Positions 25,144 through 35,244 of a DNA stretch of 39,167 nt are shown here, one piece after another (the first letter of the stretch is position 1; every line of letters starts with the position of its first letter). A program made the position numbers and the translations under genes. The stretch spans positions 1 to 39,167 of the forward strand of contig JBGOUP010000001.1 of NCBI GenBank assembly GCA_041477655.1. The letters run 5' to 3'. Below the pieces are notes generated by a model. It saw nothing but the letters and a program-made list of their open reading frames with translations. It ran no database searches and was not told where the DNA came from. This DNA is from Patescibacteria group bacterium. GTDB taxonomy: Bacteria; Patescibacteriota; UBA1384; 2-12-FULL-50-11.

Positions 25144-25847
25144 AGCCAGAGATTATTAACGAAACTGCTGATTTTTTTGTTATCAACAAACCGCCGGGGA
25201 TGGCGGTGGAACAGCCAAGCCATAATCAAACGTTAATTGACTGGCTGATCGGGCAGGGGAGACTAGAGCCAAAAAAGTGGGGGAGTGCTACTAGAATTGG
25301 CGTCGTCCATAGATTAGACAGCGATACGTCGGGAATAGTTGTTGTGGCTAAAAATCCACAAAGTCAGGCAGAACTAACAAAACTCTGGCAGGCAAGGAAA
25401 GTGGAAAAAACTTATTTGGCTCTGGTGGTAGGGGAGATACCAAAATCGGGAACGATTGAACTGCCGATTAAACGCGACAACAAAAAAGACCGACAGGTCG
25501 TTGATTTGCTAGAAAGTGACAAATCTCGAGCAGCGATTACAACATATAAGAAATTAGCTACCAGCGACCTAGATAGCAAAAAAATGGCTTTGGTCGAAGT
25601 CAAGCCCATCACTGGCCGAACTCACCAAATCCGAGTTCACTTGAAGGCCATCGGCCATCCAATTATTGGCGACGAGTTGTACGGCGAAAAATCCAGTCGC
25701 GGTTGCGCCAAAACGCTGGGATTAACTCGACAGTTTCTCCACGCCTGGAAGCTGAAATTACCGAGCCATCCAGAATTTACGGCGGTTTTAGCCGAAGACT
25801 TGAGCCAGGCCCTAAAAAAACTTCACACTAACAATCCGACAGGTTGA
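25131..25847 (+). CDS. RluA-family pseudouridine synthase
   Basis: HRLDSDTSGIVVVAK catalytic motif and GRTHQIRVH. A TTG start is required to keep the conserved FFVINKPPGM. Confidence 0.85.
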   Translation: MQTLKPEIINETADFFVINKPPGMAVEQPSHNQTLIDWLIGQGRLEPKKWGSATRIGVVHRLDSDTSGIVVVAKNPQSQAELTKLWQARKVEKTYLALVVGEIPKSGTIELPIKRDNKKDRQVVDLLESDKSRAAITTYKKLATSDLDSKKMALVEVKPITGRTHQIRVHLKAIGHPIIGDELYGEKSSRGCAKTLGLTRQFLHAWKLKLPSHPEFTAVLAEDLSQALKKLHTNNPTG

Positions 25848-25879
25848 GAGTCAGATTGCCAACTGGTAGAATTGGGGGA

Positions 25880-26929
25880 ATGAATCACGCGGTAATTTTA
25901 GCCGGCGGCGTTGGCACCAGACTCTGGCCGGTATCTCGCCAAAAACAACCCAAACAGTTTCAGAAATTAACTGGCGACAAAACATTAGTTCAAGACACGT
26001 TTGAGCGTTTACTACTAGTAGTTGAAGCTAGCAATGTTTGGGTGATAACAAATGAAGCTTATCGAGATTTAGTTATCGAGCAACTACCAAACTTGGCCAA
26101 AGAAAACATCTTGGTTGAGCCGGTTGGTCGTAATACTGCCCCAGCCATCGGCCTAGCGGCTATACATATTGTGCGACGTGATCCGGAAGCTAAAATCGGT
26201 TCGTTTGCCGCCGACCATTTCGTCGGCAAACCGGCGGCATTTGCCCGGGCGACTAAGGCTGGTTTTGAGCTCATTAACACCAAGCCTGAATATTTAGTGG
26301 CAATCGGCCTTAATCCAACCGAACCGGATACTAGCTTAGGCTATATAAAGATGGGAGATGAGCTGGGTAAATTTGCTGGAGAACCGGTTTTTATTGGCGA
26401 AAAATTCATAGAAAAACCCGATCTAAAAACCGCCCAACAGTTTGTCAAAAGTTGGGAATATTTGTGGAATGGCTGTTACTTTCTATTTGACGGCAGACAG
26501 ATGGGGGAGTGGCTAGAAAATTTTGCCCCAAACATTTATTCAGGTCTTAATAGCTATTTAGCCAAGCCGAGCCTCGAGAAATATCAAGCCATCCCAAGCG
26601 TTCCAATTGACACTGCTATCGCCGAAAAAGTTGAACATCTGGCGGTGGTGCCGGCTGATATGGATTGGAGTGACGTTGGGAGTTGGTCAACCCTAGACAA
26701 AGTCTTGGCCGGCAACGGCATGCAGGCAACGACTAACCACACTGCCATCAACACCGAAAATACTTTGGTTATTAGCCACACCGACAAAATGATCGCCACC
26801 GTTGGCATTAAAGATGTTGTTATTGTTGACACACCAGACGCCATCCTGATATGCCACAAAGATGAAGTTCAGAATGTTAAATTGATGGTTGACCAGCTCC
26901 ACCAAGAAGAGAAAACAGAATATCTTTAA
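25880..26929 (+). CDS. Mannose-1-phosphate guanylyltransferase-like nucleotidyltransferase
   Basis: AVILAGGVGTRLWPVSRQKQPKQF N-terminal motif. ATG at 25880 after GGGGGA. Confidence 0.8.
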   Translation: MNHAVILAGGVGTRLWPVSRQKQPKQFQKLTGDKTLVQDTFERLLLVVEASNVWVITNEAYRDLVIEQLPNLAKENILVEPVGRNTAPAIGLAAIHIVRRDPEAKIGSFAADHFVGKPAAFARATKAGFELINTKPEYLVAIGLNPTEPDTSLGYIKMGDELGKFAGEPVFIGEKFIEKPDLKTAQQFVKSWEYLWNGCYFLFDGRQMGEWLENFAPNIYSGLNSYLAKPSLEKYQAIPSVPIDTAIAEKVEHLAVVPADMDWSDVGSWSTLDKVLAGNGMQATTNHTAINTENTLVISHTDKMIATVGIKDVVIVDTPDAILICHKDEVQNVKLMVDQLHQEEKTEYL

Positions 26930-28179
26930 TGTCCAGGAAGTTTTGGATCGGCTTACTGTTTATATTTATTCTAATCGGCTTGGCCAGTTACACCAGCTGG
27001 CCGACGACTCAAAAGGTTTTAAAGCGGGCTGTCGCCGTTCGCCAAGGCCTAGATCTGCAAGGCGGGGTGCACTTGGCTTATCAATTAGATTTCTCTAAGA
27101 CGGCCACGGCTGACCGAACTAGCGCCCTTGATTCAACTGTCAAAGTTATTGAAAAACGAGTCAATACTACTGGTGTTGCCGAGCCATTAATTCAGCCAGC
27201 TAAGATTGGTAATGATCAAGTGGTCATCGTCGAATTGCCAGGAATTAAAGATATAAATAAAGCCATAGATCTGATCGGTAAAACTGCCCAGTTGGATTTT
27301 CGAGAAAGTAACGACGGTCAGAACTGGTTACCGACCGGCTTAACCGGCAAACAACTAAGCCGGGCCACTATCTCATTTGACCAAAACACTAACAAGCCCC
27401 AAGTCAGTCTAGAATTTAATACTGACGGTCAGAAATTGTTTGGTCAGATCACCCAACGCAACGTCGGCAAGCAGGTGGCTATTTTCCTCGATGATCAAGT
27501 CCTGTCAGCGCCAACTGTTCAGCAGGAAATTACCGATGGTCGGGCGGTTATTACTGGCACTTTCACTGTTGCTCAAGTTAAAGAATTAGTAGATTTGTTA
27601 AACGCCGGGGCATTGGATGTGCCGATTAAATTGGTCGAGCAGAGAACAGTCGGGGCAACACTCGGCGAAGAGTCGGTTAAGAGAAGCTTGGTGGCTGGGT
27701 TGATCGGTCTGTCGTTGGTTGTATTGTTTATGTTGTTTAACTATCGAGTTGCCGGCCTGGTGGCGGTTTTGGCTTTGGCCGGCTATTCAGCCATCACTCT
27801 GGCTCTGTTCAAATTAATTCCGGTTACTCTAACGCTGGCTGGCATTGCCGGGTTTATTTTATCGATTGGTATGGCTGTTGACGCCAACATTTTAATTTTC
27901 GAGCGACTCCGGGAGGAGTTGGCCAGCGGCAAAGAGCTGAAGCTGGCACTGACCGAGGCTTTCCGCCGGGCCTGGCCATCGGTTCGCGACTCCAACGTTT
28001 CAACATTGATTACCTGCACAATCCTGTATTTCACCACCACTGGTTCGGTCAGAGGATTTGCCCTGACACTGGCTTTGGGAGTGATGATCTCGCTTTTCAG
28101 TTCCATTACCGCCAGCCGAAGTTTCTTGCGCTTGTTTGCTCTCAACTCAATGCTGGCTCGAGGCTTAGAGAAATCATAA
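26929..28179 (+). CDS. secD: Protein translocase subunit SecD
   Basis: GLDLQGGVH motif and a C-terminal 6-TM domain. Start overlaps the upstream stop (TAATG). Confidence 0.9.
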   Translation: MSRKFWIGLLFIFILIGLASYTSWPTTQKVLKRAVAVRQGLDLQGGVHLAYQLDFSKTATADRTSALDSTVKVIEKRVNTTGVAEPLIQPAKIGNDQVVIVELPGIKDINKAIDLIGKTAQLDFRESNDGQNWLPTGLTGKQLSRATISFDQNTNKPQVSLEFNTDGQKLFGQITQRNVGKQVAIFLDDQVLSAPTVQQEITDGRAVITGTFTVAQVKELVDLLNAGALDVPIKLVEQRTVGATLGEESVKRSLVAGLIGLSLVVLFMLFNYRVAGLVAVLALAGYSAITLALFKLIPVTLTLAGIAGFILSIGMAVDANILIFERLREELASGKELKLALTEAFRRAWPSVRDSNVSTLITCTILYFTTTGSVRGFALTLALGVMISLFSSITASRSFLRLFALNSMLARGLEKS

Positions 28180-29096
28180 TGTATCGCTTTTTAGGCCGAA
28201 AAAAATGGTGGTGGCTAATTATTTCCGGGGCAATTATGGTTCCAGCTATTATTTCATTGATTGTTTGGAAATTACCATTAAGCATTGATTTCAGGGGTGG
28301 AGCACAGCTGGAGCTAAAGTTCGATAAACCCGTGACCGAACAGCAACTGCGTGACAAGTTAACTGGCTACAAACAGGTTGGGGGACTAGTCGTTTCCAAA
28401 ACCGGCGATCAAACATTTCTAATTAAAGTTCTGCCTATAACCAGCGACCAGCACAAAGAAATTAGCCAACAATTGGATAAAGATTTTGGCACGGTGACGG
28501 AAAATCAATTCCAGTTAGTTGGACCAAGCGTTAGTCGTGATCTGACCAAAAAAGCCATCATCGCCGTTGTCTTGGCTTCGCTAATGATAATCCTCTACCT
28601 CGCCTACGCTTTTCGGGCAGTCACTCACCCGGTCTCTTCTTGGCGCTTTGGGGTAGTGGCGGTAGTGGCCTTGTTACACGATTTAGTAATTTCAGTCGGC
28701 GTTTTTGCCTTGCTGGCTCATTACTTACACTACGAAGTTGATGCCTCATTTATAACCGCCGTGTTAACAATTATGGGCTTTTCGGTCCACGACAGTATCG
28801 TTGTTTTCGATCGCGTCCGGGAAAATTTGCTGACGCACAAAAATTCCGTACAAGACAATTTTGAGCGGATAGTTGATGAATCACTTAGCCAAACTTTAAA
28901 TCGTTCGCTAGCGACAAGTTTAACCGTTATTTTCACACTGGTTGCGCTAGCAGTGCTGGGTGGCACGACCATCCGACCGTTTGTAGTGACGTTGCTCATC
29001 GGCATAACCATTGGGACTTACTCGTCAATTTTTACTGCCAGCCCGCTGCTAGTCATCTGGCAAAACAGAGTAGCCAATAAGGCCAGAAAGTCTTAA
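28179..29096 (+). CDS. secF: Protein translocase subunit SecF
   Basis: IDFRGGAQLE motif and a 6-TM domain. Overlaps the secD stop. Confidence 0.9.
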   Translation: MYRFLGRKKWWWLIISGAIMVPAIISLIVWKLPLSIDFRGGAQLELKFDKPVTEQQLRDKLTGYKQVGGLVVSKTGDQTFLIKVLPITSDQHKEISQQLDKDFGTVTENQFQLVGPSVSRDLTKKAIIAVVLASLMIILYLAYAFRAVTHPVSSWRFGVVAVVALLHDLVISVGVFALLAHYLHYEVDASFITAVLTIMGFSVHDSIVVFDRVRENLLTHKNSVQDNFERIVDESLSQTLNRSLATSLTVIFTLVALAVLGGTTIRPFVVTLLIGITIGTYSSIFTASPLLVIWQNRVANKARKS

Positions 29097-29389
29097 CAAG
29101 TCTCATTAAAGAATTGGCTTCGTTTATATAAGGTTATAACACGTGGTCAAACAATATAACAACCAAGATTACGTCGCACTCTGTACCTTGTGCGACGTAG
29201 TGAACAAAAGCAGGCTAATTTGGCGAAATTTCGTCTAACTAAGAGAGGACCCCAAAAGAGGCAATATTTTACTAATATTACGATCAGCTACCTTGAAAGT
29301 GGAGCAGAAATTGGGAAAAAATTGCAAAAAATTGAAACATTTCCCGTATCCCCCGCATATCGGCGGGGAAGTGAGGCCAAAAAAGAATT

Positions 29390-32300
29390 TCAATCCTGAA
29401 TTTCTTCGATCGGCTGGATTTGATTTGGCTGATGATTAAGTGGCTCAATTTGGTCGTTATTTTGGGTCGGAACCGCTAGCTCTTCGGCCTTATCCCATGT
29501 AATTAAGTCTGAATTTTCATCGATTCTCTCCCCCACTCCCCCACTCTGATTTGTCTGTGTGTCTGTATTTTGGAGCGGCTGTTCATTTATTTTTTGATCA
29601 CTCTCCCCTGCTTTCTCGAGAATATTAGCCTCAGAATTATTTGATTTCATTTCATTTCTCGGCCAGTCCCCTGCTTCTGGAGTATTAATGTCAAGCAAAG
29701 TTGGTAAACTTTCGTTAGTTTCGAATTCACTTGTCTCCCCCATCTCATTAATCGGCGGTTTAGGATTTTCTTTTTCGGCCTCTCCCACACTAACAGGTTC
29801 GGCAACTGGTTGTTTTGGCCCAGTAACAGCGTACCAGTTGCGCGAAAACCGATCTTTGAGAATCTCCACTTTAGTTCCTTCGGGCACAGTTTTAATTGGC
29901 GCTGATGATTCTGGCTCTTGAACAGTTTGGCTAGGCTGACTAGCTTCGGTCATCTTGGGTTGTGTCTCTGGAGTTGACTGGCTGACTGATGGTCTAACTT
30001 CATCTTCAATCTTCTTCTGGGCCTCAACGAAACCTTTGTCTTTGGGTATCTCTGAAACCGCTACTGGTGTCGAGTGATTGGATAGATCAATCGGCGCCGA
30101 CCACTCGGCGATATAATCCTCAACATCCGATCGAGGCCGAGTGAACTGTCGACGGCTAGCTTCGATTATGTGGTCAATAAAGCCGACCGCTTCACCCCGC
30201 GGCGGCAGAGTTTTAGCCGAGAAGGCCGGCACTGTCACACCATCAATAGCCATCTTCAAATAGATATGATAATTGTCTAAATTAACCAAATCGTTGACGT
30301 CAAAGACCGGCTCAAACTCACGTTGGAGCACCTCGGCATCGCCGGCGCCAACTCTAAATGAAACAATTGTGCCGACGTTGCCAAAGACGGCGTTAGAAAC
30401 GGTTTCGGGCATTTGGGCTATGTACTGATGAGTCATAATTAAATTGAGCCGGTATTTTCGGGCTTCGGACAGGATTGAAGCGAACGAATCGGTGGCAAAG
30501 GTTTGGAACTCATCAACATATAAGTAGAAGTCTTGGCGGTCGATTTCGCTAATGTTGGTCCGGCTCATGGCCGCCAGTTGAATCTTGGTAATCAACATCG
30601 AGCCCAATAACAGTGAGTTGTCTTCGCCAATTTTACCAACCGAAAAATCAGCCAGGAGAATTTTGCCGGAATTCATAATGTCGCCGATGTCAGTGGTGGA
30701 GCGAGGTTGGCCAACAATGTTGCGGATCGTCGAGGAAGACAGAAACTGGCCGACTTTATTCTGAATCGGGGCGATGGCTTCGGTCCGGAATTTGGGATCA
30801 TACTTCTCATACTCGTTGACAAAGAAATCGCGAATAACCGGATCTTTAACTTCATTAACGACCAGGTGGCGATAAGCGGCATCAGTTAGAATACGCATAA
30901 CTCCAAGCAAGGTTGAATTAGGATATTCAAGCAGGGCCAGAACGGCGTTTCGCAAAATATACTCTAACCTCGGCCCCCAAGATTCGCCAAAGATTTTTTT
31001 GAAAATGCCAATTACGCCGGAGGCAACCACATTTTTTAGCTCGGGGTTGACGTTCTCCAGCAAATTAAAGCCGACTGGATTATCGGCATCAGCTGGATTA
31101 AAATAAACGACATCGTTAATTCTTGATTCAGGAATGAAGTTAAGAATATGGTGGATCAGCTCGCCGTGCGGATCAACCACGGCCAGTCCCCGACCTTCAT
31201 TAATGTCGTCAATGATCATATTCTCCAGTAGCGTTGACTTACCTGTTCCGGTTTTACCGATGATGTAAGTATGGAGCCGCCTGTCGTTACGCTTGATGCC
31301 AAATTTCTTGGATTCATTGCGATAGCTGGTGCTGGCAAAAAGGGTCAGCTCTTCGGAGGGCACCACCCCATCGAGCGGCAGGTTGGCTGGCGGCTCGCCT
31401 TTTTTGGAACCAGCCCAAGCGATGGTCGGCGTGGAGACTGTTTCCGAGGGGTAATGGTAGATCGAAGCCAACTCGGTGATGTTGAAAATCATCTCTGGCT
31501 GGCCAAAAGTTCGGGAGCGAAAAAGTTTAAGCACTTCTTGGTCGGTCGTCACCTCTTTCATAATAAAACTGTTGATATTGATGGAATTAAATTGCTTAAA
31601 AGCGCCGACAATTTGTTCAAGTTTGGCTCGAGTGAAATTTGGATCCGGCCCGGCCGCCAGAATTCTTATAGTGGTCTGATAACCAAGTTTAGTAATTTTT
31701 TCTTCAATCCCCTTGATCGCCTGCTGGGCTGTTCCAGGCACATCTTTTTTATCGTCTGGCTTGTCTGACTTGTCTGGCTCGGCCGATGGATTAATGATAG
31801 TTCTAACTGCGTGAGTAGCTAAGCTGGCGGCTTCACCTATCACCAGTTCCATCCAACCTTTGTGTTTGGGCGGCTCTTTAACATCCTTAATCACCTTCTC
31901 GCCCTTATCTTGCCAGTCGTCATCGACCGGACGAACAATTGTTTGGATCCAAATTTCTTCGTCCTGATTAAGAGCACTCAAGACACCGGTGATTGCCGAA
32001 AGCGGATCAACTTCAAAATTTTGAAAAGTTTTAATTGGAAAGACCGGGTCACGCTTGAGGGTTAGTTCTGTTGCGGCCAAGTGTTTGCCCTGGGAAAGTT
32101 GAGTGTAGTCGTGCTCCAATTCTACAACTGCTGTTTCAACGTTTGGATACTGGGCATAGATTTGACCGATTACGAAATCTTTAAGATCAAGCGGTGTATA
32201 AACATAAAAAGTAATGGTATTGTTTCGGGAAACAATCTCAAAACTGATTTGGGGCTGGATATTAGAACCGGCTCGAAAAATTCCGTGCAGGGCGGCGAAC

Positions 32301-32479
32301 ATCTGCTCGGCCGCCAAGGGTGTTTTATCGTTGTTCTTAGGTACTGATATGGAAATTAGACAATTACTCTCTTCTACCTGCCAATCAATTGTTTGCTTGA
32401 CTCGATTGGTGCGTAACCACATAAATATGGCCGCTACGACCAGTGTTCCGACAAAAAGGAAATTAATAAGAATTAGCAT
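29390..32479 (-). CDS. Membrane-anchored VirD4/TraG/TraD-like (type IV coupling protein-like) P-loop ATPase, paralog B, with a roughly 295-aa low-complexity C-terminal tail
   Basis: N-terminal TM helix. Walker A GKTGTGKST, Walker B FYLYVDEFQTF, ARKYRLNLIMTHQY. About 380-aa N-terminal domain homologous to that of 32496..34907. Confidence 0.75.
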   Translation of the reverse strand: MLILINFLFVGTLVVAAIFMWLRTNRVKQTIDWQVEESNCLISISVPKNNDKTPLAAEQMFAALHGIFRAGSNIQPQISFEIVSRNNTITFYVYTPLDLKDFVIGQIYAQYPNVETAVVELEHDYTQLSQGKHLAATELTLKRDPVFPIKTFQNFEVDPLSAITGVLSALNQDEEIWIQTIVRPVDDDWQDKGEKVIKDVKEPPKHKGWMELVIGEAASLATHAVRTIINPSAEPDKSDKPDDKKDVPGTAQQAIKGIEEKITKLGYQTTIRILAAGPDPNFTRAKLEQIVGAFKQFNSININSFIMKEVTTDQEVLKLFRSRTFGQPEMIFNITELASIYHYPSETVSTPTIAWAGSKKGEPPANLPLDGVVPSEELTLFASTSYRNESKKFGIKRNDRRLHTYIIGKTGTGKSTLLENMIIDDINEGRGLAVVDPHGELIHHILNFIPESRINDVVYFNPADADNPVGFNLLENVNPELKNVVASGVIGIFKKIFGESWGPRLEYILRNAVLALLEYPNSTLLGVMRILTDAAYRHLVVNEVKDPVIRDFFVNEYEKYDPKFRTEAIAPIQNKVGQFLSSSTIRNIVGQPRSTTDIGDIMNSGKILLADFSVGKIGEDNSLLLGSMLITKIQLAAMSRTNISEIDRQDFYLYVDEFQTFATDSFASILSEARKYRLNLIMTHQYIAQMPETVSNAVFGNVGTIVSFRVGAGDAEVLQREFEPVFDVNDLVNLDNYHIYLKMAIDGVTVPAFSAKTLPPRGEAVGFIDHIIEASRRQFTRPRSDVEDYIAEWSAPIDLSNHSTPVAVSEIPKDKGFVEAQKKIEDEVRPSVSQSTPETQPKMTEASQPSQTVQEPESSAPIKTVPEGTKVEILKDRFSRNWYAVTGPKQPVAEPVSVGEAEKENPKPPINEMGETSEFETNESLPTLLDINTPEAGDWPRNEMKSNNSEANILEKAGESDQKINEQPLQNTDTQTNQSGGVGERIDENSDLITWDKAEELAVPTQNNDQIEPLNHQPNQIQPIEEIQD

Positions 32480-32495
32480 ATTTAATTAAACATAT

Positions 32496-34907
32496 TTAAT
32501 TTCGAATCGCTGGGCTTGACGTTGCCATCGTTGGAGCAAAACTAACAGGTTTCATTGAAAATCGTTGACGACTGGCCTGCTTGAGCCAATTAGCCATCTC
32601 GTCACTGCCAACGTTGGGACTTTTCAAACCAGTTAAGCTAAACGGTTTAGTCGGAGCTAAATCAATCAGCAGTTTAACATACGCCTGAAAACGATCAAGA
32701 TTAGTCAGATCCTCGACCGACAATCCTGGCAGTTCTTTGGCTAAATATTCAGCATCCTCGGCCCCAACCCGATAAGCGATCAGTGTCCCGATGTTACCGA
32801 TGACGGCGTCGCGAATTGGCTGGGTTAGTTGGGCAAAATACTGATTAGTGATGTTTAGGTTGAGTCGGTATTTGCGAGCTTCAGCCAAAATTGTGGCGAA
32901 GGTATCGGTAGTAAAGTTTTGGAACTCATCAACGTAAAGGTAGAAATCCTGACGAGCTTCTTCAGTAATATCAGCCCGACTAAAAGCCGCCACTTGGATT
33001 TTCGAAACCAAAATCAGACCCAAAAGGTTGGAGTTTGTTTCACCTATTTTGCCTTTAGCTAAATTGACCAAAAGGATTTTGCCTTCGTCCATTAATTGCC
33101 TCAAATGGAACGAACTTTTTTTCTGACCGATAATATTGCGCATCAGATCATTAGTCATAAAACGGCCAAATTTAGAGATGAAGTAGTTGTACATCTCCGA
33201 TTTGTGAAAATCACTAGTTTTGGCCAACTGCTCTTGCCAAAAAGCCTTGACAATTGGGTCACGGACATTGGCCACGGCCAGAGTTCTAAAATTATCATCG
33301 GTAAAAAGCCGAGGCAGATCAATCAGCGAGCCGCCATCGGGCTGGCTCATAACTGTCAGGGCGGCGTTTCTGGCCCAGTGCTCCCATTGCGGACCGACAA
33401 TGCCGGTTCGGTTGGGATCGAACAGCTTGTAGAATATTTCTATTACTTCTTGGATCAAAAAGTCTTTCTCTTCCGGCCGACTGTACTCCAGCAAATTCAA
33501 GCCCATCGGATAGATGGTGTCAGATGGATCAAAAAGAACGACGTCGTTAGCACGGTTTGTTGGAACTTTTTTAAGCAGGCTCTCGATGGCGTCGCCAAGC
33601 GGATCAATAAAACATAAACCCTTACCGTTATGCATATCTTGCTCGATCATATTTTCAAATAGTGTTGTCTTACCAACACCAGTTTTACCAATCATAAATA
33701 GATGACGGCGACGATCTTCCTCTTGCAAGCGAACCAATTGTTTGACGCCCCGAAAATCTGATTGACCAAGCACAATCCCCTCTTTGGGCAGATTAGCCGG
33801 TGCTGGCAGTGATTTTGCCAATTGCCATTTAATTCCGGGGGTTTCCAAATTGCGGTTAGGAAAATGAAGAACGCTGGACAACTCTTCCGTGTTCAAAATC
33901 ATTTTGGGAGCGTTACCAAATAATCGCAATAAATAATCTCGGGCCAGAGACAAGCCGACTGCGTTTCGATACTTAAACGAGTTGAATTGCGGAGCATAAA
34001 ACTGGGAGAAAGACGAGACAATCGCCGTCAAATTCACTTGTGCTTCTTCCTCGGTTTTAGCCGTGGCGACAAGCCGAATTATCGTCTCAAAACCAACTTT
34101 ACTGCCTTTTTCTTGAAGTGCCTTAAGTGTTTCTTCTTGGGCCGGGCTCATCGGCTTGGCTTGATCGGTCTTGGCTGGGGTCCGAACTGCTTCGGCAATT
34201 GTGCCAAGCACCCGACCAGTCTTAGATCGATTGACTAAATGGAGTTTATTATCCATAACATGCTGACTGGCAATTTGAGTGTGCATCCGCCAAGTCTCCC
34301 GAATTGGCCGGATCAATAATTGAATCGAGGCTGTTCCCTGCTTGAGTTTGGTCAGAGCGGTCGTTATGCCATTAAGCGGATCCGCTTCAAGGTAGCGAAA
34401 AGTTTTAATCGGCAAGACATAAGATTTTGCCTGTTCTAAAACCACTCCGGCAATACCCGGCTCGTCGTTACGGAAGATTTTGGGCGCGCCAACAAACGAG
34501 ACTTGGGCGTTGGCAAAAAAACTATGGACTTGTCGCTCAACTATTGAAGAAATTCTCTTGGGCGCCAAAATATAGAAGCCAATCGTGCCATCAATGGCGG
34601 TTATCTCCAGACTGATATGGGCCGGCGTGCTAAACAACCAGTCAATGAAGTTTCGCTGATGAATTGTTGTCGTTAGAGCCGAGTAAAACTGCTCCATCGG
34701 GGCGATCAGATCCTTAAAATTCTTGAGTGGATCGTTGGGGTTTCTCTGCTCGTTACCTTCCTTAGATAGCGTAACGCTCATACAAACAAGGGTGGTCACA
34801 TCGTTAAGCCAATCTCGCTTCTGCCAAACCCTGACTAACACCATCAAGACAATTGGCACGCCGACGATAAGGCCAATAATCAAGTAGATAAGTGATGTAG
34901 AGATCAT
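32496..34907 (-). CDS. Membrane-anchored VirD4/TraG/TraD-like P-loop ATPase, paralog A
   Basis: N-terminal TM helix. Walker A GKTGVGKTT, Walker B FYLYVDEFQNF, ARKYRLNLNITNQY. Shares the N-terminal domain with paralog B (for example PIKTF..(L/F)E.DPL..IT, ELSSVLHFP/ELASIYHYP). Confidence 0.75.
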   Translation of the reverse strand: MISTSLIYLIIGLIVGVPIVLMVLVRVWQKRDWLNDVTTLVCMSVTLSKEGNEQRNPNDPLKNFKDLIAPMEQFYSALTTTIHQRNFIDWLFSTPAHISLEITAIDGTIGFYILAPKRISSIVERQVHSFFANAQVSFVGAPKIFRNDEPGIAGVVLEQAKSYVLPIKTFRYLEADPLNGITTALTKLKQGTASIQLLIRPIRETWRMHTQIASQHVMDNKLHLVNRSKTGRVLGTIAEAVRTPAKTDQAKPMSPAQEETLKALQEKGSKVGFETIIRLVATAKTEEEAQVNLTAIVSSFSQFYAPQFNSFKYRNAVGLSLARDYLLRLFGNAPKMILNTEELSSVLHFPNRNLETPGIKWQLAKSLPAPANLPKEGIVLGQSDFRGVKQLVRLQEEDRRRHLFMIGKTGVGKTTLFENMIEQDMHNGKGLCFIDPLGDAIESLLKKVPTNRANDVVLFDPSDTIYPMGLNLLEYSRPEEKDFLIQEVIEIFYKLFDPNRTGIVGPQWEHWARNAALTVMSQPDGGSLIDLPRLFTDDNFRTLAVANVRDPIVKAFWQEQLAKTSDFHKSEMYNYFISKFGRFMTNDLMRNIIGQKKSSFHLRQLMDEGKILLVNLAKGKIGETNSNLLGLILVSKIQVAAFSRADITEEARQDFYLYVDEFQNFTTDTFATILAEARKYRLNLNITNQYFAQLTQPIRDAVIGNIGTLIAYRVGAEDAEYLAKELPGLSVEDLTNLDRFQAYVKLLIDLAPTKPFSLTGLKSPNVGSDEMANWLKQASRQRFSMKPVSFAPTMATSSPAIRN

Positions 34908-35203
34908 GATTCACCCGGCGGCTCTTTTGGTAAAATGCCAATTCGATCCTGTAGAAGTATTAGCTCCGGCAAATTCTTGATCGGATCAGTAACTTTAATT
35001 TCAGCGATTGGCTGGGTGACTGGTGCCGTTTGCTCGGGTTGTGCCAAATCCGGAATATTGGGCGTTAATGTTGACTGTTTCGGTCCTGGTCGAGATTCTG
35101 CTGGTGCTGGTTCAAAAACATCCTGGCTCGCCTGGCCATTAGCTTCAACTCCCCGAACTTCCGGCTCACCGGCCGGTTCAATAATCGATCCCCTCTCTAC
35201 CAT
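34904..35203 (-). CDS. Pro/Glu/Gln-rich 99-aa ORF, translationally coupled (ATGA) to paralog A
   Basis: ATG sits 6 nt after TGgTATGAT (35218..35210, minus strand), a leaderless geometry. Its low-complexity composition makes coding status uncertain. Confidence 0.4.
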   Translation of the reverse strand: MVERGSIIEPAGEPEVRGVEANGQASQDVFEPAPAESRPGPKQSTLTPNIPDLAQPEQTAPVTQPIAEIKVTDPIKNLPELILLQDRIGILPKEPPGES

Positions 35204-35244
35204 ATTGCCATCATACCATCTCCCAAGATGGTTCCAAACAAAGG

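Noticed and set aside
29190-29399. 69-aa ORF in the secF / T4CP-like convergent gap
   Set aside because: Lys/Arg-rich low-complexity sequence with no RBS. It starts inside a 10-bp hairpin (29170..29199), so it is probably non-coding. The hairpins at 29170..29199 and 29351..29368 may be weak terminators, but neither has a clear U-tract.
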